A stretch of DNA of 64,000 nucleotides, from positions 34,338,213 to 34,402,212 of the forward strand of contig OZ234493.1 in assembly GCA_965153455.1 (NCBI GenBank), in the 5' to 3' direction. The notes below the pieces were generated by a model. It did no database searches, was not told the origin of the DNA, and saw only the letters and a program-made list of their open reading frames with translations. Shown one piece after another: positions 1 through 13,100 of the stretch; position 1 is the first letter of the stretch, and every line of letters starts with the position of its first letter. Origin of the DNA: Sphagnum compactum (lineage: Eukaryota). The translations under genes and the position numbers were made by a program.

Positions 1-302
1 TACAAAGGCAGAATCCGCCAGTTCAGACCATTCTGGTTTAGGGTTCTGGGTTATAAAGCAAGCCGGAGGCGAAGGTGAGGAAGTCTGCATAGTTGGGAGG
101 ATCATTCCTTCGCATTGCACGCATCTTCTCGTTCTTCTTCTTCTTCTCCTTCTTCCTCTTGGCTTTCTTCTCTCTTGCTCATTTTCTCTCGCTCGTCTGG
201 GATCCCATTTCAGTCATCTGTACTGTGAAGAAGTAGATCAAAGTTTCAACCTCAAAGGCAGCAGCTGACTTTACTATTACTACTGCTGCTGCTGCTGCCA
301 TC

Positions 303-685
303 ATGTCTCACTTCCAGCTTCCACAGCTATTTCTTGCAGGTGAGTAAGTGCTCATCAAACTATAATGCACATTATATGAATCTGGGTATATCAATTACAT
401 CTAGAACTCTAATCTATCTCCTTAAGGACTTATCTGATCATGGCTTGGTGACTGTTTTGAATGTTGTAATAGGTATCATGGCGATGTCGATCCTGGTGGC
501 ATTTCTGATGGTGCCCACGGTCACCTGTAGAATTATTCTGGACACGGACGAAAAGGTGAGAGACATGAGTTTATGTACCCAAAACAGAAAAAACAGACAT
601 GAGTTCACGTTGAAATCTGTGTGTTATTAGTTAATTTCCTGCGCCAAAATGATCCACAAATTCACAGCAATACGATACCATATAG
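303..685 (+). CDS. Putative small spliced ORF with signal-peptide-like hydrophobic segment (~45 aa), or the truncated 5' end of a secreted-protein gene
   Basis: TATAAAG at ~52 and a CT-rich leader precede ATG 303. Exon 303-339 ends at GTGAGT. Exon 473-555 follows TAG in frame and ends at GTGAGA. A candidate exon 668-685 follows CACAG. Product: MSHFQLPQLFLAGIMAMSILVAFLMVPTVTCRIILDTDEK(QYDTI*). The third exon is uncertain. Confidence 0.45.
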
Positions 686-2281
686 AAGGCCACGATAGCA
701 CAGTAGCCGCTGTATGCAGCAGATTACTGTTTACTGTGGCTTCTAAACTCTAAACCCGGCTAATTAATTAGTTCATTAATTCTCAAAGTAGTAGTCACAG
801 AAACATCAATAATTTTAATACCCAATTTGGGTTTTAGCCACTTCTGTGTTAGTAGGACAATAAAGGTGTTCAAACACACTACTAGGTCCAAGTTCCATTG
901 ATTTTTGTTTTTTTTTAAATAAATTTCTTTAGTTTTTTGGTAGTGAAGTTTTGCATAATTTTAGACCTCAAGAAATAAAAAGGAATATTTGGTCACAAAT
1001 TTTCCCTGCTAAAGAAAATTGTCAAATTTTTGAGATTCTTTTTTTTTTTTTTTTTTTTCTGAAAAAATGGCAGAAATATTTCATATGCATGAGTAAAAAG
1101 AACAGTGTTTTTCGTAACTTGTTTTATACAACTACACATGTCGCATGCAACTAATTTTTTTTTTGCATGCAACATTTTTTGAGTTGCATAAAACATAAAA
1201 ATGTTGCATAAGTCCACAGCACCTTGTTATGAATTGAATGTAATAATTGAATGTACTTGCAATATATGTCTCTTGACAATTAATGTCACATTTATGTGTC
1301 CAACTTGATCACTTCCATCTTATTTTGGAAATCAAATTCATATCTCTAATAATGATGAAGGTGATGTTATGTGTATAAACTATAAAAACATAAGAGTGAA
1401 TTTAATAAAATTTAAAAGAATAACTGAATGTGAACACTGAAAATAAAATTCATATTCAAACTTTTATTTTCCCTTTGGGTTTTTTTTTAATTTTGAAAGT
1501 TGAACTAAGAATATCATTTGCAAGGAATACCATGAGACATTAAAATATTGGCTTGCATTTTAAGATGGCCAAATTTAAATATATTAAAAGGCTAATCGGT
1601 ATGGTGGAAAAAAGGACATTAAACATTTAAGTTGTATTGTCATTTTAACTAGTAAGGAACACAAGGAATTTCGAACGATTACACATCAAATATCAACCCA
1701 CCTTCCTTGAGAAAAAAACGAACCTTTTCATTCTATGTACATTATTAAACAAGTTATCAAAACAATGTACCCTATGGTAGATACATGATTAATCAAACTA
1801 GAACCTAGAGAATTCACACATGTCAACCATATGTGAATATGAAACACACATTACAAGTACAATTTATATTAGGGGTATGCAAAGGCTTACATGACAATAA
1901 TAGTAAAGTCACTCTGTCTTCATCGTCTCTTTGGGCCTGCTTTCACCCCCTATCCCCTCTTTGAGTGGTATCTGCAAAGTAAAGAAATTTTAATATTAAA
2001 TCTCAGCATGAAATGCTGAAACTCAGCATTTAATGCACAAGGTTCGAGAGTGATTACAGTAGTTGTTGTACAGGTAGGAGCAGTGAAAATACATGTAGCA
2101 GCAGTGGAGGCGCTCAGGAAAAAAGGAAAGACAAGTTATTTCTTTGTAAAATTAAAAGTCGTGTCTGCTTCTTCTTTTCTCTTGTCTACCTTTTGGCGGC
2201 ATCCATCTTTTTCTCAAAAAGATGGATGATCTTTTTGAGAAAAAGATGGATGATGCCGAGACCAAAAAAAATTTGGGTCCT

Positions 2282-2379
2282 GTTATGCACACTAATCTGG
2301 GTGTGTAATGAACACTATGAGGCGTATTACAAAAGTATGCGTCCCCTTAGTGTCCATTACGCACCCAAAGTGTGCATAA
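2282..2379. repeat. ~100-bp imperfect palindrome (hairpin)
   Basis: Arm pairs TTATGCACACT/AGTGTGCATAA and TGGGTGTGTAATGAACACTA/TAGTGTCCATTACGCACCCA are reverse-complementary. Confidence 0.8.
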
Positions 2380-3959
2380 TGAGACACAAAAATTGCATAA
2401 TGTTACCTTAATAGAACCAGTTTCACATTACAGGAACCGGTTTCTTTGGCGAAAGTGTTTTAGACTGTTTAGATTGGAATGGATTTTTTTGGTGTTCGGA
2501 GTGTGTGCACAGTAAGTAGTCAGGAAATGGATGATAATTGGTCAGGAACATTGTGGCATGTGCGGGTGGCATTACGAATGTAGTTGTTACTTTGGAAGTA
2601 TATGCAAGTTGTTTTTTTCCTTTTTTTCTTTTGGCTTAGGCATTTTGTAGTTATTATATAGGTTGTCACTTTTGATTGGTTGTGGAGTGCTAATAAACTT
2701 AAAATAAAATTCAGTTTTGAATTAGTAGGCATAGGTATATAGAACTTGATTCAGTTTGGAACCAGCCTTTGTCTAGGATTTTTTTTTTTTTAATTTTTAA
2801 AATTTAAGAACAAAGAATCATGAGTCTTGATAAAATGTGAAAAACTGGGTCCACAACCAAACTCAATTCTAGCGAACAAAAAACTCAAAAAAATAAATAA
2901 AAATAAAATAAAAACAAAATTGAACCAAAACCAGGGTTTGGACTAGTGTGGATTGGTTATTGCTTTTTTTTTAATAACTATGAGGTAGGTTATTGTTTTG
3001 AATTATTTTGTTCAGATTCACACAGGTTATCAATATCAAATTTTTGTGGGTTGTTGAATCATAGGTCATCAAATAACCAGTTGATAACCACTTGTTATCC
3101 TATTGATTCTTAGCTGGTTACATAAGGTATTGATGGAGTTCATAAGAAGCTTTAGAGGATGAATGCGGGCTGATCTATTTGTGGCATTATGTTGTTCAAG
3201 TTCAATATACTTGAATTTTTGTGGTGAATTGTGCATATATGGGGAGGTTGAGTACATATCAATGTGGGAGCTCTGAACATATATTCATTCTATTTTTTGG
3301 GAAATCACTTTGTTGTTAGAGGCTCAGTTGATGATGTTCCTAGGAGTGTGGGGTGTTTTGCTTGTGAATACCTTCTCAAATTGTGTTTGTGAACGAATCA
3401 ATGTTATAGATTGTTGTGATATTGTTTGGGGCATCATGGGATGTTCTAACAAGGGTTTGAAAATTGCTATCAAAATGCACACTGCAGTCACATTTTGCTG
3501 TATAACATAACATCAAGATACACTAGAAAAATCTAACACTGCTTTATTTACGACCTGACAATCTCCTTTCTGTTGCTGTAGAGCGAGAAGGCTTAACTGG
3601 TTGCTCTTGTGGAAGAAGAAGAAGAAGAAGAGGCAAGAGAGATAGATAGCGTTGATGGATCCACACATAAAACGAGGAGCTCGTGCTTGGCATGAGCATT
3701 TAGGCTTCCCACAGAAGAAAGAATCTCACAGAGCTACAACTAACAAAGCAAAGCAAAGCAAACAAAGTGCACAAGTACTGTGCTAAAACCCTTTTGTATA
3801 ATAGCACACACTAAAATTATAATGAGAAACAAACGAGAGACAGACAGACAGACACATTCATCCCAAAAAATACATTCTACTTAGTTGCACTATGAGTGGT
3901 ATATTTGAATGGTCCAAAGAAGTGGGAGTGGCAACCACAAAATTACCATTTTTCATCAC

Positions 3960-4210
3960 TATCCATATAGTCAATAATCATAGCCATATATAACAATACC
4001 TATAACCAATAGCCACTATCCATAGGCAATTGTCAATTTTGAATCGCCAAATACTCATATAATTAATGTCCACATAACGAATAGCCAAAGTCATTATTAA
4101 CCAATAATTGATAGTCAATTGGCAATTTCCAGTAGCCAATAGCCGTATAACTAATGGCCATAATGGCCAATAGCCATAGCCATTTCCACTAGTCAATAGG
4201 CATACTAAGC
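3960..4210. repeat. Degenerate short-unit repeat (AATAGCC/ATAGTC motifs)
   Basis: Many copies of atagcc/aatagcca/atagtc at short irregular spacing. Confidence 0.6.
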
Positions 4211-4211
4211 C

Positions 4212-5030
4212 ATGTTGTTGCTAAAGTGGTGATCATCTACAAGAATATTTAGCCAAATTTGGCAATATTAAAACATGACAATAGACAAAATCTTAAGCAT
4301 CTTTCATGTTGTAGGTAGGTTGTGGCAATTATTATTGGCGATTTTTTTTTCAAAAGCCAGGAAATTTAGGACAGAATATATTCCTTTTCCCAAAACTTTT
4401 CTGGCGATCACCCCAAAAAAAAATCACTGCACTGATCTAGTAGATCTAAATTTGTCCACGGTTTGTTTATTTCAATTTTGTGATGCAGCCAAAACTGGTG
4501 ATCATCCACAAGAAGATTTAGCCAAAATCTGGTTATAGACCAGATATGAAAGTCGAAAATTTTTAAGAATCCTTTTATGTTTGTGGCTGGAACCTCCTGT
4601 TGTAAATATCAGGCAATTTTTGAGAAAAACGTCTAAATCTGGCGAATTATTAAATTATTCACAATTTTAAAATTGAAAATTGGCGAAACTAGAAAATGAA
4701 AAAAAAAAAAAAACATATATTCTTAGCCACTTTTGAAAAAAAAATCTGTAAAGCACCAGCCATACTTCAGGGGTTTTTTATTTCCCCCTTTCTGTGATGT
4801 AGCTAAAGTGGTAATCATCCAAAAGAGAGTGTAGCCAAATTTGGCGATAAGCAGGATATGAAAGTGAAAAAGTTTCAAGCATTTTCTACATTTTTGGCTA
4901 CACTCTAGAACCCACTAGAAAAGATTTGCCTAGTTTTTCAAAAAAAAATCCCCCTGGATTTGGCGACTCGAAAATTTAAAAGAAAACACATAATTTTAGC
5001 CACTTCAGAAAAGAATTTTAGCCAGACAAA
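4212..5030 (+). repeat. Three diverged tandem copies of a dispersed repeat family
   Basis: A motif of the form TGTAGCYAAAGTGGTGATCATCCACAAGAAGATTTAGCCAAATTTGG...ATATGAAA recurs at ~4215, ~4483 and ~4797. Another copy lies at ~23932. Confidence 0.8.
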
Positions 5031-5062
5031 AAAGAAACCCAGGTAGCCCCAGTCTCAATGAA

Positions 5063-5093
5063 TTAGGGTTAGGGTTAGGGTTCGGATTTAGGG
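5063..5093. promoter_or_regulatory. Telo-box-like cluster (TTAGGG)3 upstream of Mini-III gene
   Basis: TTAGGGTTAGGGTTAGGGTT, the reverse complement of AACCCTAA, lies about 200 bp before the CDS. Similar boxes occur at ~35, ~5750, ~23895, ~27540 and ~44823. Confidence 0.6.
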
Positions 5094-5291
5094 ATCTTGC
5101 GCTTCTTGTTTCTGTTTTGGGCTTGGGGCGACTTCTGCTCTTTCTCCGAGTGATGGCAGATCAATCCCGGTAGGTTTGAGTAGATACTTGAGCAGAGAAG
5201 AAACCCATGGTACTATAGTCTTCTTGCAAATTCCTTATTTGCTATGAAATCGTGTTTCTGGGGAGTCTTTTGAATCCTGCTGAGGTCGGCG

Positions 5292-7317
5292 ATGGTGCAC
5301 ACCGCGCTGGTGGCACAGCTGCAAAGCATCTCCTGCTCTTGGCCATGGGTGAGCCCTTCTTCGGAACCGCTACCGCAGCAGCAGAAGAAGAAGACGAAGC
5401 AGCAAGAAAACCTGCCCTCTCGACCTCCCAGGCAACGAGTCGACCTCCGAAAACTCTTGGACCGTACGACTGGAGATTCAGCCGACTCCACAGGTTTGAT
5501 ATAATGCGCCATCCTCCGCTTCTGTTTCTGAGAAATACAGAGGCTTCTTGTGTGTGACCTCGATTTCAGGAAGACCCCATAGATAGGGTAAGGTGCTTGC
5601 TTGAGTTTCGATGATTTTCAAGCCATGTTGTGAATGGAAGTGTATCAGAGATGGGCGTGTGAATCGAGCATCCCTTTGAGGCTTTAGATTTACTGAGGAC
5701 AATTCAGAGCCTGGGATGTGACGCACTGTCACTACTAGGTTTTCAGGGTTTAGGGTTTAGATTCAAACCGTTGAATGTTTGATGTGCAATGGCAGTACCT
5801 GGAAGTGGACGGATGTGGCTGCCACAACCTCCTTTTGTGGAAAAACCTCGAGCAGTGCATAATGCAGCTTCACTCGCTTATTTGGGTGATGTTATCTACG
5901 AGGTACATGCATTTATACAATCTCTCCTCTTGCTTTTTCTTTTGTCCCTTAGATATTTACAAGAGAATTTGGGCTCAAGAATGGTCTTTGGAAGGAATTA
6001 GGGCTTAAGCCTCTGTGCCACTTTTTGCTCACAAACAGTTCACAAAATAGCTTGCAGGTATCCTTTCAAACCAGAGTGTTCGTTTACTTTGAGCAGCTGG
6101 AAGATTGGTGTCTAGCTTGCTGACTTTGTCCTCCTGGTTTTGTTGTGCATGGCAAACTAATGAAAGCAGACAGAAGCAGTCCATGTATTGTGATCTCTTT
6201 ATGTTATACTTTCTTTCTTTTTGAAGGGTTCAAAGAGCTCTTCTTCTTGTTTTCAGTAAATAGAGTTGAAATGTCTGTAACCCTTTCTCTCTTTTCTCAT
6301 TGATCATGGAAGGTTCTGACAGAATTAAGAGAGACATGGGGCAGGTCTATGTTCGGTGCCACTTTCTGACACCCCCGCAAAGTATTGACAAGTACACTGG
6401 TCGTGTCACGGCCCTGGTGTGCTGTGAAGCACAGGTTGGTACCTATGTTGCTGAGACATGAGGCAACTCTAGATTCAGACATTATTCCAAGAAATTGCAG
6501 TTTTCTCTTTTTTCATGTATGCGCAGACCCTTGGCTACATATGAGCAATTTGTTTGTGCTCTGCACTACTACATACACAAATGGAAGCTTATGCTATTTG
6601 CCTTTTTCCAATACTCAATTTCTTTCCAAGTTCCTTGAGCTCCAGAAGTCGTGGAGGTGGGTAAGGATTAAGTTGTACATTTGGACACTTCTTGCAGGAT
6701 GCCATGCTGCGGCACTTACTCAAGGATGACTTTCTGTCTGAAGATGAGAGGTACCATGGTATTTGTTTGTTTGCTCCTACATTAGGTGTGCAATTGTGTT
6801 CATAGTGATTATATCTATAAATCTTCCTTCATACAATCTAGACTGCATGACACAACCTTGAAGGCCTGCTAAAACCATGACTGAACTTGATTAGTTTTGC
6901 AGTCTCTCAAGTGTGGTCAGAAACTTGAAAATGGCTATTGTGGCTTTGATTTGCAGGAATGTTGTGAGGTGGGGGAAAAATATTGAAACTGGACAACGCC
7001 GTGCAACAAGGCGTGCAGGGGCAGCTGTATACAGCAGTGCATCATCATTGGAAACTCTGGTAATCTCTATTTTCTCCATGTCTTCATTGCTGCATTTTTA
7101 CTGTGCCTCCAGCCGCAGCATTTTGGTTTTGAATGGCAGCTGTCATGAACTCCCAATATGTTTTTATCTGTTGTCACAGATAGGGTACCTATATCTGACC
7201 AACCAACAACGGCTGGAAGAACTCATGGCGAAGCTGGGGTTCAGCAAGGACAACAGCTCCTTGCTTGCTGGCTTTGGATTGCCCCAAATTGACACCAGCA
7301 TTAGGCCAAGCCTGTAG
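5292..7317 (+). CDS. Mini-ribonuclease III (plastid Mini-III, RNC3/RNC4-like)
   Basis: Exons 5292-5493, 5796-5902, 6345-6434, 6698-6750, 6957-7059 and 7180-7317, all GT-AG and in frame. Motifs NAASLAYLGDVIYEVYVR, VCCEAQ, RWGKN and RAGAAVYSSASSLETLIGYLYL match Mini-III. There is no dsRBD. Confidence 0.93.
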
Positions 7318-8034
7318 CAACCACTGTACTTCAGCTGCTACAAGTTCTACAATTTTGCTCTGTATTTGTACATTCCATTGTGTAGACATGATATTCTCTT
7401 GATCTTGGGGCTTTGGGAGTGTAGTCACGTAGTGGATCACACATATCTCATGCAGGAGTCAGCAACTTGAGCATCCCCACAAGCCATGCACACACCCATG
7501 TCAATTTTATTCCTTATTTCACCTTCCCCAAATCTCTATTACCTAGTTGTGCCTTTGCTACTTCACAGCATATTGCATTCCCCTTAGAGTTTTACTTTTA
7601 TCTGAGTCCACAGAGGAGCAAGATGAACACAAGCTATGGCCTACACAGTGTTAGACCCAGACCCTAAAACTCCGTCCAAGACCCCTTTACTTTCAGACAG
7701 TTCATCTCAATCTTTGGGTAATGGTGTGAAAACTATTCTAAGAATTGTGTGCTCAGATCCCATCCTGCCTGCCCAATGGACCAACTGAGCACACTGGAAT
7801 CCAAGATATGAGAGGTGGGTGTGATGTGGGCATTACTTGCCATGACTACTGGTGAGGCATAGCAATAAGCATTGCACTATAGAATACTAGCACTGATAAA
7901 GACTTGAAAATACTACCTATTGCACATAGCAATGAAGAAATGCAAATGTTTGCAAGGAAAGGTTTTAGGCTAGTGTGACCCAATACCCACCAGTGCTACT
8001 AGTTAATTTGGATGAACCTCAACTCATGAAGACA

Positions 8035-10195
8035 TGGTAACCTACATGACAAAGAAAAGAAAAACTAAATTGACAGAGAGCAGCAGAAAGAAAATGACTA
8101 CATGCCTCTGTGCACAGGCAAGAGAGTACAGACTTGAATGGTGGACTGTTTCAATTTAAGTGCCTACTCTAACTAACTACCAAGTAGGTAACAATAGTTA
8201 TCTGCAAGAACATATATGCCAACACCCTCCCTTCTTCCTGACATCAAATCTAAACAACACAGAAAGCAGGGAGAATGTCTGCATGATGGTGTTGATGAAC
8301 ATGGCTTCTAAAAGACTTGGATAATCTATCATCCGATTGATCAGAAAGTATGAACTATGGCTCTTGACTTGGTATCCTTGTTTTCAAACTTGGAAAATTC
8401 CACTAAACCCAACTTGCTTGTAGCTTAGTGAACTGAATTTGATGCAAGTTCTTGGTAAGATGTTTGCCATTTGCTCAAGCTTGGTTTTGTCACTTCAAAA
8501 AACATCAAAAAAACACATAAGAAAAAATGGTTTGTTTTTCAAGGAAGTCATCAGCAAGTTCATCTCATTAAAAATAAGATGATCCTTAAGCCTTGTGGAA
8601 GGTGTTCACATAAGTGGGATGCCGTGTAGAATAGATGAAATGGGTTGAACTTCAAGTGACAAAGGCGCAGAATCTAGAGGAGGACCCAATGGGGGTTGAA
8701 ATATTGAAGCAATTGGTGATGAAGAAGCAATAATTTCAAGACAATCACCTTATGAACTAGAATTTGTTAGATCAAAGAATTTAGCTTGTCCCAAAAAAAA
8801 TTGTGGTTAGAGGGTCAATTCAAGCTAATAAGAATCAATAGTGCACCCTTAATGGTTGCTTAAGTCACCGTTTATTTGGAAATATTCCCATACTGTTGTA
8901 GGAACATTCCATTTGAAATTGAAAAAAATAAAATAAATAATGACTGAAAGGATGTTGCATTATACTATTATGTAAATATATGTTTAAAGAATCTCCCAAA
9001 AATATTTAATTTTCAAGTCATTTAAAAGTCCATTCAATAATGAAAAACGTCAATTACAATGTTTTTAAAGTGTTTTTGAATCTTTTATCCTAGTTAGATT
9101 CATTCTAAATAATTTCACGTGTTTCCATAATATATTATAACATTGTGTAAACACAATAAAAAAGTTTACAACATTAGTATTATTTTTTACACTAACATAT
9201 GTAAATTCAAAAAAACCTCTACCTGGCCATGGCTCCTATTAACATGAATTCACCTTGGAATGTAAAGTGGGCATGGGAGATCTATTCGCAAAACTAGCAC
9301 CTACACTTAAAGGAAAGCTTGTAGCTAGGCCTTGGGTGGAAAGAAAATGCGCGCATTTTGTGGATGCAAATGTTCAAATCTTCGATGTCATAACCATGAA
9401 AGGTTGGACATTCCTTCCATTGAAAAAAATGTTAATGTTGGTGTGGATGGAGCTATTGCCCCCCTCATCTTGTGAAGTCTATTCTTGGGATCACGAACCC
9501 CATGGCTAATGATTTTGTTAAAAGGTTTTTGTAGGAACAAAGATTTCTTATCATCAAAATATCAAGATTGTGCCCTTGTTTGTCAACTTCCCAACATACA
9601 ACAAATTCTTAGTGTAACCAGGGACATAAAGAACTTAAACAATCTTTATTTTGTCTATAGCAATAGACAAATTGACAAACTTTTACCTTCAATGGCAAGA
9701 TTATTTCCTTTAATAGTCTTCACATATGATGGGTGCTCACAAAGCTCTATGTTTGCAATGGTGTTTTGTTTTATTCTAATCAACACCCAAATCAAGAAGA
9801 AATTAATATTGTAATTCTAAGACATTGAGATCACATTCACAAAGGTCTAATGATGTTTTATCAATATCAAAGTATGGATAGCTTGCTTATTTCATAATGT
9901 TTGTCTATAAATTTTGATGGTTATGATTGCCACAATAATCTTGTGCCCTCTTCATCATCTTGTGTGCAACATCAAGGTCACTATTTATTAAGTGGCTAAA
10001 CTTTCCACAAAGATTGTAGGGATCGATTGGCTTGTGCCAAAAGCCACTCCATGAATGGCCTTCACCACCTTGAGGTTGAAATCCACCATGTCCAAGTTTT
10101 GAGGAAAATATTTTTTTCCCTTGGAAGCTTGAAAATTGATTCACTTGATTTTGCACCCTAACCATTAGGGCCTTAGCATTATTGTTGTTGTTCAT
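8035..10195 (-). mobile_element. Heavily degraded, internally deleted Ty1/Copia remnant with 3' LTR
   Basis: On the minus strand: a gag-like G/N-rich segment with a knuckle relic (NLCGKFSH), a protease-region motif VLYVPGYTKNLLYVGKLTNKG (~9560-9640) and an RNase H end relic EQMANI-TKNL (~8450-8480). The PPT GGAAGAAGGGAGGG is followed by TGTTGG at 8224. The LTR probably ends at TTACCA at 8035. Confidence 0.7.
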
Positions 10196-10199
10196 ATTT

Positions 10200-13100
10200 T
10201 TTGCTCAAACCAATGATAAAACTAAAGAAAGCACCAGACAACACTTGGATCGAAAAGATGTGCAATTTTTGTCATAAACCAAGGCATCTAAAGGAGTGTT
10301 GTCATTGGAACCCAAAGAATCCAAACAACAAATTGAAGGACAAAAAAGAAGTTCCGGTGAACGAAGTTTCTCTTCAGGCAAGGAAAGGAACAAGTGGAAA
10401 CCATGGAAAATAGGGGAATCAAAATCAAAGAAGTTATTTGGTCTAACATTGTTTCATATGCAAATCACTCAAATATAAGATCTATGACTATCCACATAAA
10501 TCAGTTGCACAAGAGATGTTTTGAAACAAAGTCTCCCATGTAGAACTAAAACAAGATGAAGTCGTTGTCAATATGGTCTTAGTTGTCGAAACGAAGAGCC
10601 AGAAGCCAAGATTGGTGTTATAACAGGAGAAAGAGCCCTAGAAGACCAAGATTGCGGAAGATTGGGAAAAGGAGGAGCAATTGGAAAAGACCTTCGAATA
10701 AGTCATCCAACAAATGTAAGCACTGGAATCCATAGTGGAAATAGCACCAAGGAGCCAACCATCAATGCAGGAATCATTTGGACCACTAAAAACCAAAATC
10801 AATTTTGTTGACAATTGAAAAATAGGATGTGTTATAGAAAATCGGTCAACAATTACTAAGTAGTAAACATACTTTCACCCTTGGTCAATTCATGCATTTG
10901 GCCCCTAATTTAAAACAATATGTGATTTCTAGAGTATCTCCCAATAGCTAACCAACCCATCCTCAAGCTCCACCTTCTGATGTAGGGTCAGCCGTTATAG
11001 ATCCTCACATGGCACTAATTTTGGTGCATGTGGGAAAAAACTTAGTGGAGGATGTTTTGTTGGATGGGGGTTAGGTGTTAACATTATCAAGGAGGATTTG
11101 ACGAAAAAATTAGGATTATCTATCCCAAAACCTACAGACCAGACCTTAACCAAACTAATAAGGTTAATCCGAGATTTGAAAATCCATATCCATGGTATTC
11201 CGTATGTCATCACCTTCATAGTGATGAAAAACAACAAACTAGATGCCAATTACTCCATGTTGTTAGGTCGTCCATGGCTACGAGATGCCAAGATTACACA
11301 TGACTAGGGGAATAACCTCATAAGTATTGAGGGTAATGGCACTGTTCACACCATACCAGTAACAAAGCATTTGGATAGCAACACCAAACGCCCATAAGTC
11401 TTGCTCTAGTATAATTTTGTTGACAAAGTCAAAAATGAGGAAGAAAACGTGTTATTGGCAGCCGAACTGGATTTGTTTACAATCGGCACCACTACTTTAC
11501 TAAGCTGGAAATCTTGGCAGCGATAGCAACTAATCAAAAATTGGTGTTAATGCAAAAATCGGTATCGATACCAAAATCGATATTTATATGAAAATTGATA
11601 TAGACAAACAAAATTTTGATTCCCCCACACATTGGGAGAAATATTGGTAGACACTACGCCAACCCGGATCAAAGTGCAAGACATGAAGATGGCAAAGTGG
11701 AATCTATTAGAAAAAGTCCAAATTCGCCCTCTGAATTTGAGTACTCACAATGAACCGCAAGTGGTGAAGTTGAATGTCAATTTGGACCCTTTAGTAGTAG
11801 ATGCAATAGAACAACTATTGAAAGAGTACAAAAATGTAGTTGCATGGACGTACAAAGATCTAAGAGGTATTCCACCTCACTTAGCACAACAGTGAATTGA
11901 ATTTGATACCAAATATACTTACATCACATCAAACACGGTATCAAATGAATCTGAACTACGTTGCGGTCGTGAAGCGTGATTTGGATAAGCTGCTAACTAT
12001 AGGATTCATTGCTTGGTGGAGGAGGCAATTTGGTTCTTTCCCATTGTGGTGGTACTGAAAAAGAATGAAAAGCTCCAAATTTGCATGGATTTCCAAAAAT
12101 TGAACATTGCCACAAAAAAGGATCCCTATCATTCCTTTTATAGAAGAAGTACTAGACATGGTGGTAGGGCATGAAGTCTATTCCGGTTTGGATGGCTTTT
12201 CGAGTTATCATCAAATAACGATCACCCTGGAAGACAGGTACAAAATTGCCTTCATTACAGATTGGGGAACACTTGTTTGAATAGTCATGCCTTTTGGATT
12301 GAAGAATGTTCCACTAACTTACCAGCGAACAAAGAGTATGGCCTTTCGTGAATATTTTGAATTGTTCATGAAATTGTTCCTGGATGACTTCGGTGTGTTT
12401 AGTGACCTCAAAACGCACCTTGCCCAACTCAGGTTGTGTTTTGAAAAATGCCAAGAATTCAATATTAGTTTAAATCCGGAGAAGTACATTTTTTGGTTTA
12501 CTCAGGGGTCATACTTGGGTATGTTGTTTCCAAGGTGGGAAAATTACTTGATTTGAAAACAATCTCAGCAATTGTGAATATGCCCGCACCAAAAACGCTT
12601 AAAAACATACAAGTTTTCAATGGGATGGCCCAGTTCTATCGATGCTTCATCAAGAACTTTGCTTTCATTATGGCCCCCATCACAAAACTCTTACACAAAA
12701 CAGAGGTGTTTGCATGGATTGCTAAATGTCAATAAGCATGGGATGCCATAAAGCAAAGGTATCTGAATGCCACAATTTTAGTTGCACCCAAATGGGACAT
12801 GGAGTTTCACGTCCACATAAATGTGTCAAATTGACAATTAGAACTATGTTGGCTCAAAATCCTATGGGAAAAATGTGATCAGCTAATTGCATATGCCTAT
12901 AAACTTTTAAACAATGTAGAAAAAAACTACACCACCACCAAAAGGCACTTGCCATGGATTATGTTTTGCATAAATTCAAACACCATTCATTGGGAAACAA
13001 GTTTGTTTTCTATGTCGACCACATGGCATTGTTGTACTTCATAAAAAAACCTCAAATGCCCGGCCAAATTGTGAGGTGGATGTTGTTATTCCTAGAATAC

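Noticed and set aside
520..555. RIILDTD as a nucleoside hydrolase N-terminal motif
   Set aside because: The required following D..DD residues and all other exons are absent.
3550..3870. Possible minus-strand first exon or promoter with microsatellites
   Set aside because: Only a short low-complexity ORF, with no homology and no linked exons that I can support.
5063..5093. Interstitial telomere or chromosome-fusion scar
   Set aside because: Only ~3 units, and similar short boxes recur near gene starts. Telo-box promoter elements explain them better.
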